From: a virus
Lineage: Duplodnaviria > Caudoviricetes
Length of the DNA stretch: 62,177 nt
Direction: 5' to 3' (one strand)
Virus record (IMG/VR): IMGVR_UViG_3300022208_000003
Coordinates: 1 to 62,177 of that record
Positions within the stretch are counted from its first letter, which is position 1, and each line of letters opens with the position of its first letter. This document shows, piece after piece, positions 51,379 through 59,848 of this stretch. The notes beneath the pieces were generated by a model that did no database searches, had not been told where the DNA came from, and saw only the letters and a program-made list of their open reading frames with translations. Made by a program: the position numbers and the translations under genes.

Positions 51379-51582
51379 TTACTGCGTTATTTTCCTCAAA
51401 ATCTTAGCAAACTTTTCGTGCTGCTCTATCACGCTCAAAAATACTCCACATAAATCAAGGTCGTCTCCGTCGTCACACATACTATCATAATCGGCCTTGC
51501 CCTCAGCCACAGCGTTTTAGTGATATTTGAGCACAGCATGCACTTCGCCTAGCTCTTGTTCGCTTAATTCGACTATTTTCAT
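51379..51582 (-). pseudogene. Small ORF with an in-frame TAA (51517-51519)
   Basis: MKIVELSEQELGEVHAVLKYH*NAVAEGKADYDSMC...KITQ*. Confidence 0.4.
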
Positions 51583-51623
51583 TTGAGGCCGTTTTACGTC
51601 TTCGGGTTTTCCTGTTTATCCTA

Positions 51624-51732
51624 TTGATGGCATGGGGAGGAAATTAGCAAATATTACTTGCCTTTCACCGGTTGAGAGCTCCACAGGCATTATAACGCAA
51701 TATTTAAACTAATCGCCTCCCAATACCATCAA
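51624..51732 (-). ncRNA. Candidate rod-shaped structured RNA
   Basis: Nested pairings ttgatgg/ccatcaa, gggagg/cctccc, attag/ctaat, aatattgc/gtaatatt, tgcc/ggca; G-U pairs favour the minus strand. Confidence 0.5.
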
Positions 51733-51948
51733 ATAATTGGCGTCCGGTTTGGTTGTTCTAAGACGCCATCGACTTTTTACTTTTACTCCAATCACCTTAA
51801 AGATGCCGCCCTGCTATTTGCAGGACGGCTGCCAACCTGCGATGCGCGAGAAGGCTGCCGGTACAGCTAGAATAATCCGGCCTTTTAGAGGGTCTAGCAT
51901 CTGTAAGATGATCGAAGACTTTTTACTACGTTCTCTTTGAGATTGAGT

Positions 51949-52024
51949 TGGAGCCGCCTCCAGGATTCGAACCCGGAACATTCTCATTACAAATGAGAGG
52001 TTCTTCCATTTGAACTAAAGCGGC
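51949..52024 (-). tRNA. tRNA-Thr(UGU)
   Basis: 76-nt cloverleaf; acceptor GCCGCTT/AGGCGGC; anticodon arm tctca-tttgtaa-tgaga; GGTTCGAATCC T-arm; encoded CCA. Confidence 0.95.
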
Positions 52025-52060
52025 TCAAAAACTTGTCAAAGCACGAAACCAAACACAAAA

Positions 52061-52129
52061 AAAGCGCTTTATTAGAGTGGGCTGATCGGTCGGATGACCA
52101 GCCTTGGCGTCACTCTAATAAAGCGCTTT
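52061..52129. repeat. Perfect 19-bp inverted repeat enclosing a structured 31-nt loop
   Basis: aaagcgctttattagagtg ... cactctaataaagcgcttt. Confidence 0.85.
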
Positions 52130-52198
52130 AATATCTCCGACCATTTTTCCGCCAGCTCCCCGGTGCCACCCGGATCTAAGCTTTGTGTTATCATAGCG

Positions 52199-52732
52199 TT
52201 ATTTTTCGGCATTGTCAACAGATTCAAGATTAATAATGACGCTTTTTACCGAAATAGGCTGATCACTTACGTGCACGATCTGCCCGCCTGATATGTAGTG
52301 CTGATGGTAAACTCCTTTTGTGTCCCACCAAAAAATGTAAGGGATTGAGCTTCCATATGTTCCATCGTCTTGAATACGAGGCATTACAAAATCTCCTTGC
52401 CATTCTCCGGTATCTCCTTTTTCGAAATGAACTTCACTTGTCAACCGCTTGCCGCTCGAAGTCACCTTCCCATCAACTGTTGAATAAAAAATGACTTGCC
52501 CTGAGTAAGCCGAAATCAAGTAAAGGTGCTTAATGGCTCCAGGCTTGTTATCTTCCTCGACTCGCCGTTTCACGTTTTCCTGTTCAACCGTCATTCCGCT
52601 TGGGCCGGTTTTTACGCTGGCAGATACCTTGCGAACTCCGGAGTCGGAAACAGGTCCTCTTTTAGCTGAGGTTTCGTTGCAGCCGACGACAATAAAAGAT
52701 AACGACACGATCAAAACTAATATTCGCTTCAT
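52199..52732 (-). CDS. Lipoprotein (phage family with DDGTYGSS motif)
   Basis: Lipobox VVG-C; GKVTSSGKRLT; QDDGTYGSS..YIFW. Confidence 0.8.
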   Translation of the reverse strand: MKRILVLIVSLSFIVVGCNETSAKRGPVSDSGVRKVSASVKTGPSGMTVEQENVKRRVEEDNKPGAIKHLYLISAYSGQVIFYSTVDGKVTSSGKRLTSEVHFEKGDTGEWQGDFVMPRIQDDGTYGSSIPYIFWWDTKGVYHQHYISGGQIVHVSDQPISVKSVIINLESVDNAEK

Positions 52733-53233
52733 TTAGTTCTCCAAGTAAGGCTTGTATTCGCGAGGAAGTGTTTTTGTCGCCCCTTCCGGCAATGAGCCGG
52801 CATTCGCAAAAGCCCAATTGAATTTCGACATTTGAGCGTTGTATTCCGCAGACAATTGGTTATAGCTCGCCTTTACCCCTGCGACCTCAGACCTCCATTG
52901 AGACATCTGCTCGCGGTCAGTGCGAGGCCAATCTTTTCGAGCCACCCCCTCGTAATCGCTATTCATGCCGTCAATACGTTGCTGATAAACACCGATACTT
53001 GCTATTTTGTTATCAAGCTGCGCCGAGCAATCCTTGAACCATTCGTATTTCTGAAGCATGGCACGTGGCCCGAATTGCTCTTTAGCAACCTGTGTTGCTT
53101 CGCCAAATACTCCAAAAACTGTTCCGATTCCCCACACACAGGCGATTAGTACCGCGATGACGAGGATAATCTTTAATCCTCCCTGTAATGGTCCTTTTTC
53201 AACTGCTTTTTCAACTGAATCCCAGTCCTTCAT
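52733..53233 (-). CDS. Membrane-anchored coiled-coil protein
   Basis: TM segment then KYEWFKD...YNAQMSKFNW. Confidence 0.75.
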   Translation of the reverse strand: MKDWDSVEKAVEKGPLQGGLKIILVIAVLIACVWGIGTVFGVFGEATQVAKEQFGPRAMLQKYEWFKDCSAQLDNKIASIGVYQQRIDGMNSDYEGVARKDWPRTDREQMSQWRSEVAGVKASYNQLSAEYNAQMSKFNWAFANAGSLPEGATKTLPREYKPYLEN

Positions 53234-53364
53234 TATTCCTCCACATATTCAGTTTCATAGTTTGGGCTTAAATTTTCTTGCACAATCGGAGCAGCAATCG
53301 CCGCCAATATCCCGATAATGGCAATAACAATCAACAACTCAATCACCGTAAATCCTTTCTTCAT
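53233..53364 (-). CDS. Mini type IV pilin-like protein (43 aa)
   Basis: MKKG|[22 protein letters not shown] prepilin cleavage/N-methylation motif; GGAGGGGG RBS. Confidence 0.85.
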   Translation of the reverse strand: MKKGFTVIELLIVIAIIGILAAIAAPIVQENLSPNYETEYVEE

Positions 53365-53374
53365 TCCCCCTCCG

Positions 53375-53698
53375 TTATTTCCCCAATTCGTCAACTTTTT
53401 TGTTAAAAAACCTGTCCCAGCAATCTTCACACTCTACGGCCTCGTCGCCTTCGCAGTCGACCCCTTCAGGGCAAATATACCTGAGTAACTTCTTATAGTT
53501 CCCAAGCATATATTCTATTTTAACCGCCAACTTCTCCGTGCTAGCCGCTACCCCGGTATTAACGTAAATTTCTTGTAACCAGTTTTTACCGTCGATAGAT
53601 CGTTCTATACAGATTCCGTAGCCTATACTAGGCCTAGACCTAAATTGTTCGCTCACTTCCCCTCCGTTATCTTGCCGCCCTATCAGCCTTATGTCCAA
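53375..53698 (-). CDS. Hypothetical protein
   Basis: 107 aa; C-terminal CP...C......C.DCW. Confidence 0.55.
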   Translation of the reverse strand: MDIRLIGRQDNGGEVSEQFRSRPSIGYGICIERSIDGKNWLQEIYVNTGVAASTEKLAVKIEYMLGNYKKLLRYICPEGVDCEGDEAVECEDCWDRFFNKKVDELGK

Positions 53699-53827
53699 TG
53701 CCTACCAAGCCAAAAACTCCGCCTACCATCACCAGTATTTCGGCGTATTGTTCGTATTCCCCGCCTACCGCCTTAAGCGCTGCCGACAGTCCGATAATTG
53801 TGGCTCCGGTCCATGTCTTCCATCCTT

Positions 53828-54199
53828 TCATTCGTCCTCCACCAGGTCTGCTATTGTTATCTCGTCAAATCCAGCCATTAACTCGTTTTCTGACCGCTCC
53901 ATGTACCAGTCGATCTTTCCGCCGCCGTTGCGGTTAAAATGGAATGGCCCGCCGCAGATCTCCAAAACTTCAAGCAGCGTGATTTTATCAGGGCTTTTTA
54001 TTAGCACTGGTCCACCCCGGCTGCCCTGCCTGATTTCAATCAGGCCCCTCTTGCTTAGGTCTTGTAGAATCTTGGCGAGAAAATGGGTTGAAATCCCTTC
54101 CGCGTCAGCAATTTCTTGACGACTTACGACAATTCCTACTCCTGCCCTTGCCAAGTAACGCATGGCCTGGAGTGCGTATATTTGCTGGTTTGTAATCAT
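53828..54199 (-). CDS. Rrf2-family transcriptional regulator
   Basis: YALQAM.YLA, EIA..EGIS.HFLAKILQDL, G.RGG..L..SPDKITLLEV. Confidence 0.9.
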   Translation of the reverse strand: MITNQQIYALQAMRYLARAGVGIVVSRQEIADAEGISTHFLAKILQDLSKRGLIEIRQGSRGGPVLIKSPDKITLLEVLEICGGPFHFNRNGGGKIDWYMERSENELMAGFDEITIADLVEDE

Positions 54200-54210
54200 T
54201 TCCCCTCCAA

Positions 54211-54873
54211 TTATTCCGGATATCTTTCCAGGTATTTTTTCATTGCATCACCATAGCCATCCCAGGTATCGACTCCGTGTCTTATAAGGCAATCAAGCTC
54301 GTAGTCTCTTTTTTTGAGTCTTGCCAGTTCAGCTTTTTCTACGACGAGATAATCTCCACCAGGATGCCGATTGCATAGGTCCTCAAGCTCAGAAAGCTTT
54401 GCTTTCTTTTCGGCTATTTCTAAAATCAATTTATCGTTTTCCTTTGCCGCTGAAATCCTAGCAATATTTATTGCCTCGATTTGTTTTTTAAGATTTTCGG
54501 CGAGTTTTTCGTTTTTACTTGTCTCAATCTCAAGAGCTTTTTTCCTATTGGCAAGCTCTCCAACAGCAAGAGCTAAATAATGAAGCTCTTCAACCGCCTT
54601 CTTTGTCTTTTCCCCGACCTTAGCCATCGGTTCTTCGACAAAGATAGCGTTTACGAGCCGCTGCGATCCATGGTGCTCGTAAGGAATATCCCTTTCAAGA
54701 GTTGGCCCTCCAACACAATAAATTTCCATTGCTTTCCCCTCGTAGACAGGAGTCACGAGGTATTTTGTCTTTCCTTGGCTATCGGTGACGCAATCGTCTA
54801 GGACTACCTGTTCCCCTAGTTCATTGTAATAATACCTTCCTATTACCGCCTCTTGCCCATCAGTTGTTACCAT
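54211..54873 (-). CDS. Coiled-coil phage protein
   Basis: 220 aa; C-terminal L..HGVDTWDGY. Confidence 0.7.
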   Translation of the reverse strand: MVTTDGQEAVIGRYYYNELGEQVVLDDCVTDSQGKTKYLVTPVYEGKAMEIYCVGGPTLERDIPYEHHGSQRLVNAIFVEEPMAKVGEKTKKAVEELHYLALAVGELANRKKALEIETSKNEKLAENLKKQIEAINIARISAAKENDKLILEIAEKKAKLSELEDLCNRHPGGDYLVVEKAELARLKKRDYELDCLIRHGVDTWDGYGDAMKKYLERYPE

Positions 54874-55066
54874 TTCCCCTCCAATTATTCTGGATATCTT
54901 CCCATTGATTCATATGATCACTAATAATATTAGCGAGCTTCTGTTTAAACCTTGAAGCTCCAGCGAAGTCGCAACACACTGAAGCGTGTAGCAAAGATTC
55001 GTTTCCGTATTTTTGCTCTGCCATCCACTCATACAGCTTCTCTGCAAGTTTTTCTGCATCAGACAT
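54860..55066 (-). CDS. Hypothetical protein
   Basis: 68 aa with GGAGGGG RBS. Confidence 0.65.
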   Translation of the reverse strand: MSDAEKLAEKLYEWMAEQKYGNESLLHASVCCDFAGASRFKQKLANIISDHMNQWEDIQNNWRGNGNN

Positions 55067-55264
55067 TATTTCCCCTCCAAATATTTAAGCGGGAGGCGGC
55101 CGCACCGTACGGCCGCCTCCAAATTTAGCCGGACTACCCGGCAAGCTCGGACCTCGTGTTGTAGCCGACAATCGAAAATGTTTTCCCGAGCTGTCTTTAT
55201 AATACCAGACTAAAACTATTTGACAAGGGTTTTTTATTTTTTTTATTTGTGGTGTCTTTTTTTG

Positions 55265-55293
55265 TTGACTATGCACCTAGCTTCGGTTATAAG
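55265..55293 (+). promoter_or_regulatory. Sigma70 promoter with an ACC(G/T)A-N3-TCGGT operator
   Basis: TTGACT-17-TATAAG; ACCTAGCTTCGGT in the spacer. Confidence 0.7.
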
Positions 55294-55332
55294 TAGGCAT
55301 ACTCAAGATTAACACTACCAAGGAGAACGGAA

Positions 55333-55572
55333 ATGAAACTGACAAGCGAAATAGTAAAAAGAGCATGGGACACCCGCCGGAAAGCAGCAAAAAAACATAA
55401 CTGCAAAATTATGGAAATCTCCTTGTCTGAATGCCTAAAGTTCGAAATTGCCTGCGCGAAAGCAATAAAAAAACAAAACGAGGATATTAAAAAAATCAGA
55501 GAAGAACTAAGCAAAGACCCGGTATGGATAACCGACGAAGACGGCTGGCATTATATGCCGGTTTATTGTTGA
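55333..55572 (+). CDS. Hypothetical protein
   Basis: 79 aa with AGGAG RBS. Confidence 0.7.
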   Translation: MKLTSEIVKRAWDTRRKAAKKHNCKIMEISLSECLKFEIACAKAIKKQNEDIKKIREELSKDPVWITDEDGWHYMPVYC

Positions 55573-55648
55573 GTTTGTCTATCAAAAACCGCAAAATATG
55601 AGTCACAAAGTGTTTTGTGGCTCATCAATTAACATCAAGGAGAAGGAA

Positions 55649-55885
55649 ATGACGCCAATCAAAGAAAAGCTCGAAACTATCACCACAATTTACGGATCTT
55701 TCTCAGCGTTTTACCGAGACTGGAAGATCCCACAACAGACGGCCCAGTCTTGGACTGAAAAAGGTAGGAAGGCTACTTCTGTAGTCCATGCTTTGCTTGA
55801 CGCGGTCATAATTGTGGAGAGGCAGGCAAAAGTTATCAGTCAGCTACAACAGAAAATAGCCGAACTCGAAAAAAAAATAACCTAA
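55649..55885 (+). CDS. Putative HTH regulator with a coiled-coil tail
   Basis: SFSAFYRDWKIPQQTAQSW..KGRK HTH-like segment. Confidence 0.55.
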   Translation: MTPIKEKLETITTIYGSFSAFYRDWKIPQQTAQSWTEKGRKATSVVHALLDAVIIVERQAKVISQLQQKIAELEKKIT

Positions 55886-55909
55886 TGCTCTTTTTTTTTA
55901 TTTTCCCTC

Positions 55910-55938
55910 TTGACTCTATACCGAGCTTCGGTTATATT
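55910..55938 (+). promoter_or_regulatory. Sigma70 promoter with a palindromic operator
   Basis: TTGACT-17-TATATT; ACCGAGCTTCGGT. Confidence 0.8.
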
Positions 55939-55985
55939 GTAATTAAAGGATGAGGGAAAAACAACAAAAACAAAAGGAGCAAACG

Positions 55986-56144
55986 ATGAAAAGAATGATG
56001 AACATCCCGGCAAGCAAAGAGTACGACGGAACCTTCCAGACGAAAGAAGACGGAATGGCGATAATCAAGGCGGTCGCCACAGTGAAAGGATGGCCGGCAA
56101 TCGTCCTAACAAGAGAGCTGGATAGCTGGAAAGATCGATTCTAA
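55986..56144 (+). CDS. Hypothetical protein
   Basis: AAGGAG RBS before MKRMMNIPASK. Confidence 0.6.
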   Translation: MKRMMNIPASKEYDGTFQTKEDGMAIIKAVATVKGWPAIVLTRELDSWKDRF

Positions 56145-56187
56145 GAAAAACGCCCCCGAAAGGGGGCATCATTTAACGGAGAAGGAA

Positions 56188-56496
56188 ATGAATATATACG
56201 ACTTTATAGGTGGTACGGCAAAAAAATTTAAGTTAGGTGATCTGGCCATAGTTAAATGGCCTGATTCTTGTCATACCTGCAAGGATTCACAAGCTGAATA
56301 TAGGATAGGAACAATAGTAAAAATTGTCGAAATAATAAAAGGACCAGGAGACGAGTATTATCATTGCTTGTCACTCGGAGATTTGGCACTTAATGATTGC
56401 GATGAAGGTTGGTATTACTATGATAGAGAATTATCTGAATTGGAATCAAAGTCTGAATCTTACGAAATCGAAGAAAAAATCGAACTGATTGACTAA
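56188..56496 (+). CDS. Hypothetical protein
   Basis: 102 aa between hairpin/RBS repeats. Confidence 0.7.
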   Translation: MNIYDFIGGTAKKFKLGDLAIVKWPDSCHTCKDSQAEYRIGTIVKIVEIIKGPGDEYYHCLSLGDLALNDCDEGWYYYDRELSELESKSESYEIEEKIELID

Positions 56497-56780
56497 GACG
56501 AAGAGAAATACCCCGGAAAACCGGGGCATCATTTAACGGAGAACGGAAATGAAATACCAAGATTGGTCACGAGTAGAGTCAAGAGAAAGTTCGGACTGTT
56601 CAGCGGAATTATTTGTGCAGACTGACGAAAAGCAGGGACCTGAGGTGTGACATGCCAGAGTTGTTGTCACTCCATTTTCCACGCATTGTCCGACCTGTGG
56701 AGAGATTTGGGCATGCGATTCAATATCCGTATGCCCTGGATGCGGTGAACAATATCCTGAGGAGTGGTAAATAAACTCTC

Positions 56781-56809
56781 TTGACACAATACCGACCATC
56801 GGTTAATAT
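56781..56809 (+). promoter_or_regulatory. Sigma70 promoter with a palindromic operator
   Basis: TTGACA-17-TAATAT; ACCGACCATCGGT. Confidence 0.65.
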
Positions 56810-56818
56810 AGTACCATG

Positions 56819-56853
56819 AGAGAAGGCCTCAAAAAAAGAGGCCTTCTCTTTTT
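56819..56853 (+). terminator. Intrinsic terminator between convergent units
   Basis: agagaaggcctc-a7-gaggccttctct-tttt. Confidence 0.85.
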
Positions 56854-56854
56854 A

Positions 56855-57346
56855 TCAAATCCTCGGAATCCCGTCATCTCCTACAAATATCTTGACAGGC
56901 CATCCATTAAAAGACCATTCCAGTTTATCTAGACACCAGTAAGCTGTTGCGCCAATCTGTAGCTGAGTCCTTACCAGCCGATATAGTTCTGATTGTTCCT
57001 GATTCATCCACATGCGAATATCATCAGTACCATACTTTTTTAGCCTACGGATAAAGCATTGGCGAGTTATGCCGAGAATATCAACAATTTCATCTATAGT
57101 TCCTTTATAGTAGCTAAAAGGGCTCTCATAGATATTATCGTCTCGTTTTCTACCTCTACTTCTATATTTAAGATCTTCCTTATGCTTCCAGGTCCGAGGG
57201 TCATCAACCCCCCATCGCGCAATCCGTGTGCGAAAATTACTCGGGCTGCATCCAAGTCTATCTGCACACTTTTTACAATCTCCTTCCCACCCTTCAGGAC
57301 TTTGATAAATTCTTCCAATCTTAACTCTTGATTTTTTCATCAACAT
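56855..57346 (-). CDS. Protein with two tandem HTH-like repeats
   Basis: ADRLGCSPSNFRTRIARWG.DD.R and VDILGITRQCFIRRLKKYG.DD.R. Confidence 0.7.
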   Translation of the reverse strand: MLMKKSRVKIGRIYQSPEGWEGDCKKCADRLGCSPSNFRTRIARWGVDDPRTWKHKEDLKYRSRGRKRDDNIYESPFSYYKGTIDEIVDILGITRQCFIRRLKKYGTDDIRMWMNQEQSELYRLVRTQLQIGATAYWCLDKLEWSFNGWPVKIFVGDDGIPRI

Positions 57347-57448
57347 AGGATAACCTCACTTTGTCGCATTCCTCTCAGTTTCTGGTTTGCTTCATTTCCC
57401 CATCCGGTTTCCCCGGACTTGACACCTTGTCCGGGGATTACTTCATCT

Positions 57449-57802
57449 TTATACTTTCCCATTATAATTAGTTCCGTAAATTTTATCGCAGATCAGAAGA
57501 GATTCGCTATCTCTCTTTGATATTCCTGATTCTCCACCAAAAAGCATACACCTGCTATCTTGGGCAGAATGCTCCCAAAAATCACACTCCACCCACCCTG
57601 TTCCGTCGTAACAGTGCCCGCGCATGCTCCCGCTTGTACTTTCCGGTCCTGCGGTTTTTATCACAATGTTTCCACCTGCCTTTACCGATTCTTTACTAAG
57701 CGCTTCTTCAACTAGCTTGGTTATCACCGCTCGGTCTGCTTTTGCGAGCACACGATACCCATTTTTAGTTTTTAATTTATCGAACCATTCTTTTAGTCCC
57801 AT
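57449..57802 (-). CDS. Hypothetical Cys-containing protein
   Basis: AGGAGG RBS before MGLKEW. Confidence 0.65.
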   Translation of the reverse strand: MGLKEWFDKLKTKNGYRVLAKADRAVITKLVEEALSKESVKAGGNIVIKTAGPESTSGSMRGHCYDGTGWVECDFWEHSAQDSRCMLFGGESGISKRDSESLLICDKIYGTNYNGKV

Positions 57803-57955
57803 TCTTTTCCTCCTGGTAAACGCTTTCCATTGCATCCCACCACGCATCATCAGATTCATTTTCCCAACAAATCTGGCAGCCTCCACATTCTATTTTTCCG
57901 TTGATTGATATAGACCAATTGTCGTCGTTTTCTATTCCACACTTAGGGCAATTCA

Positions 57956-58537
57956 TTAATTCATCCTCATAACCCCACCATTGCCGCCATCAAAAACAAG
58001 AGGGATCACCCCTTGCTCGTTATGCGGAAAAAACAGCTTTGCATTTGGGAGGTTTTTGCATAAATCAACCAAACATTCTGCAATCATGGTTCCTTCTATT
58101 ACTATTGCCGAATATTTTCCGAAATGTGATCCTTCCCCGTTGCAATCTTCGCATTTTATTGAGTCGCCTGGAATTTTGCCCCATTCATGGCAAGTTTTGC
58201 AATCACACCAATATTCATGATATCCGCTGGTAAAATTAATCTGTCCTTCTCCGTCGCACTCGTAGCAATTATCTACTTTTCCAGAACCATTACATGTCCT
58301 GCATTTAATCTTTTCTCTTAGTTTTATTTCTGAAACGTTTACCCACCTTCCCTCTTTGTCAGGGTTGATATTGATTTCTCTTACCGGGGGAGCTTCCTGA
58401 TTTTCTGCATATCTCTCATCTCTCGGCACCGATATAAGCATGTTCCCATTTGTGGCATACGTTCTATCGTCTATGCTCCAAGGTTTTTCAATAAATGGAC
58501 GCTCTCTATCGCAAAAAAGCTCTAAATCTATAACCAT
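57956..58537 (-). CDS. Protein with DnaJ-type CxxCxGxG zinc-finger repeats
   Basis: CRTCNGSG, CYECDGEG, CKTCHEWG, CEDCNGEG. Confidence 0.8.
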   Translation of the reverse strand: MVIDLELFCDRERPFIEKPWSIDDRTYATNGNMLISVPRDERYAENQEAPPVREININPDKEGRWVNVSEIKLREKIKCRTCNGSGKVDNCYECDGEGQINFTSGYHEYWCDCKTCHEWGKIPGDSIKCEDCNGEGSHFGKYSAIVIEGTMIAECLVDLCKNLPNAKLFFPHNEQGVIPLVFDGGNGGVMRMN

Positions 58538-58538
58538 C

Positions 58539-58793
58539 TCATTCTTCCTCCGGAAAAAATATCTTCCCATCGCCGTCAAGAATATCCTTGGCAGTTATCA
58601 AGTCGAATCCTTCACCTCCTGCAGATTCGAATTCGGCCTTCATTTCACCAAGAAAATAACGACACATCTCAAGCGTGAAATCCCAATCTGCTGCCTCGCT
58701 ATCAATGTGTTTTATGATCTCTTCAGACTGCTCTCTATCCATATTAGAGACAACCTCTTTTATATCAAGTTCTACATTGCACCATGTTTTCAC
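58539..58793 (-). CDS. Hypothetical protein
   Basis: 84 aa with GGAGG RBS. Confidence 0.7.
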   Translation of the reverse strand: MKTWCNVELDIKEVVSNMDREQSEEIIKHIDSEAADWDFTLEMCRYFLGEMKAEFESAGGEGFDLITAKDILDGDGKIFFPEEE

Positions 58794-59055
58794 TTCATAT
58801 CCTCCATCTCTTTTCTCCTATTGAATCCTCTTAGGCTTTATCCTAATCAAACCGTGCCATTTTACCACCCACCTCTCCATGCTATCGCACCCATAACCTC
58901 TAGGTTCGTAGCTTTCAGGCATAAATCCATAACAAGCAAAACACTTTACTCTCGTGCAATATTCTTCGGAGAGATCGTCTTCGTCGTCGTATAGCATTGA
59001 GCAGGTATCATTTGTGATACTTCTTGTGTGGTCATTTCCTCACTTCTTTATCCGT

Positions 59056-59445
59056 TTATTTTGATTCGGTATTTTGGCTCTTCTGGTTTTCCTTTTCCTT
59101 TGCTATCCTTTGGGCTTCTTTAAGTATATTTTCCGATTTTTCCATGCTCATTCCAGTAGACCCCATCCATCCTCCAATTAGCGCCATCAGAAAATCGAAT
59201 CTGAATTCCGCTTTCTCCATGATATTCTTGTTCTCCGATTCCAGGGAGGAGAGTTTGTTTAAAATCATTGACTCTGTTTCTTCCACCTGAATAAAATTTA
59301 AGTCCGTCTGTTCGTCCAGTTTTGTTAAATTGGATTCCAAGTTTGCTATTCTCTCTATTATTTTCGCTTCCCTTTCTCGCTCCTTATTGTGGAGTTCCTT
59401 CCAGGATTCTTCAACAACTTTACGGTCTTGTTCCGATATGTCCAT
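59056..59445 (-). CDS. Coiled-coil protein, paralog of the nested ORF 60149-60634
   Basis: Shares KLSSLE, ESENK and ENQKSQNTE, with exact DNA blocks. Confidence 0.7.
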   Translation of the reverse strand: MDISEQDRKVVEESWKELHNKEREREAKIIERIANLESNLTKLDEQTDLNFIQVEETESMILNKLSSLESENKNIMEKAEFRFDFLMALIGGWMGSTGMSMEKSENILKEAQRIAKEKENQKSQNTESK

Positions 59446-59449
59446 TTCC

Positions 59450-59848
59450 TCACTCCTCTATCCGTTTTTCTTCCATTGATTTCATAAGCCCGCCACTCAT
59501 ATCCATAATCTTCTTGCCGCGCTGCTCGTATTTCTCAGCGTATTTTTCGGCAAGCATTTGAACGTCTGATTTAAGGGCTATCCCCCACATCAAGTGTCCG
59601 TTTGCATCTATTCCTTGAGGGTAATAGCCATGTTCCTCCCTAAGCATCGAATAAAGCAAAGCAACACGTGACAACTCATCATCAGATAGTTGACATTTTT
59701 TCTCGTATTTGTTAGATTGTTTTTCCGAATAGTATTTGTAATGCGTTTCCAGCAGGTACATATCCTCCTGCGTTATTGCCTGCTGAGGCGTTTTCTTTGT
59801 GCTCACCAGAGGAGGTCTCTCGTAACAAGGGGTTTCCGTATTTTTCAT
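59450..59848 (-). CDS. Hypothetical protein overlapping the rep 3' end
   Basis: 132 aa with AAGGA RBS. Confidence 0.65.
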   Translation of the reverse strand: MKNTETPCYERPPLVSTKKTPQQAITQEDMYLLETHYKYYSEKQSNKYEKKCQLSDDELSRVALLYSMLREEHGYYPQGIDANGHLMWGIALKSDVQMLAEKYAEKYEQRGKKIMDMSGGLMKSMEEKRIEE

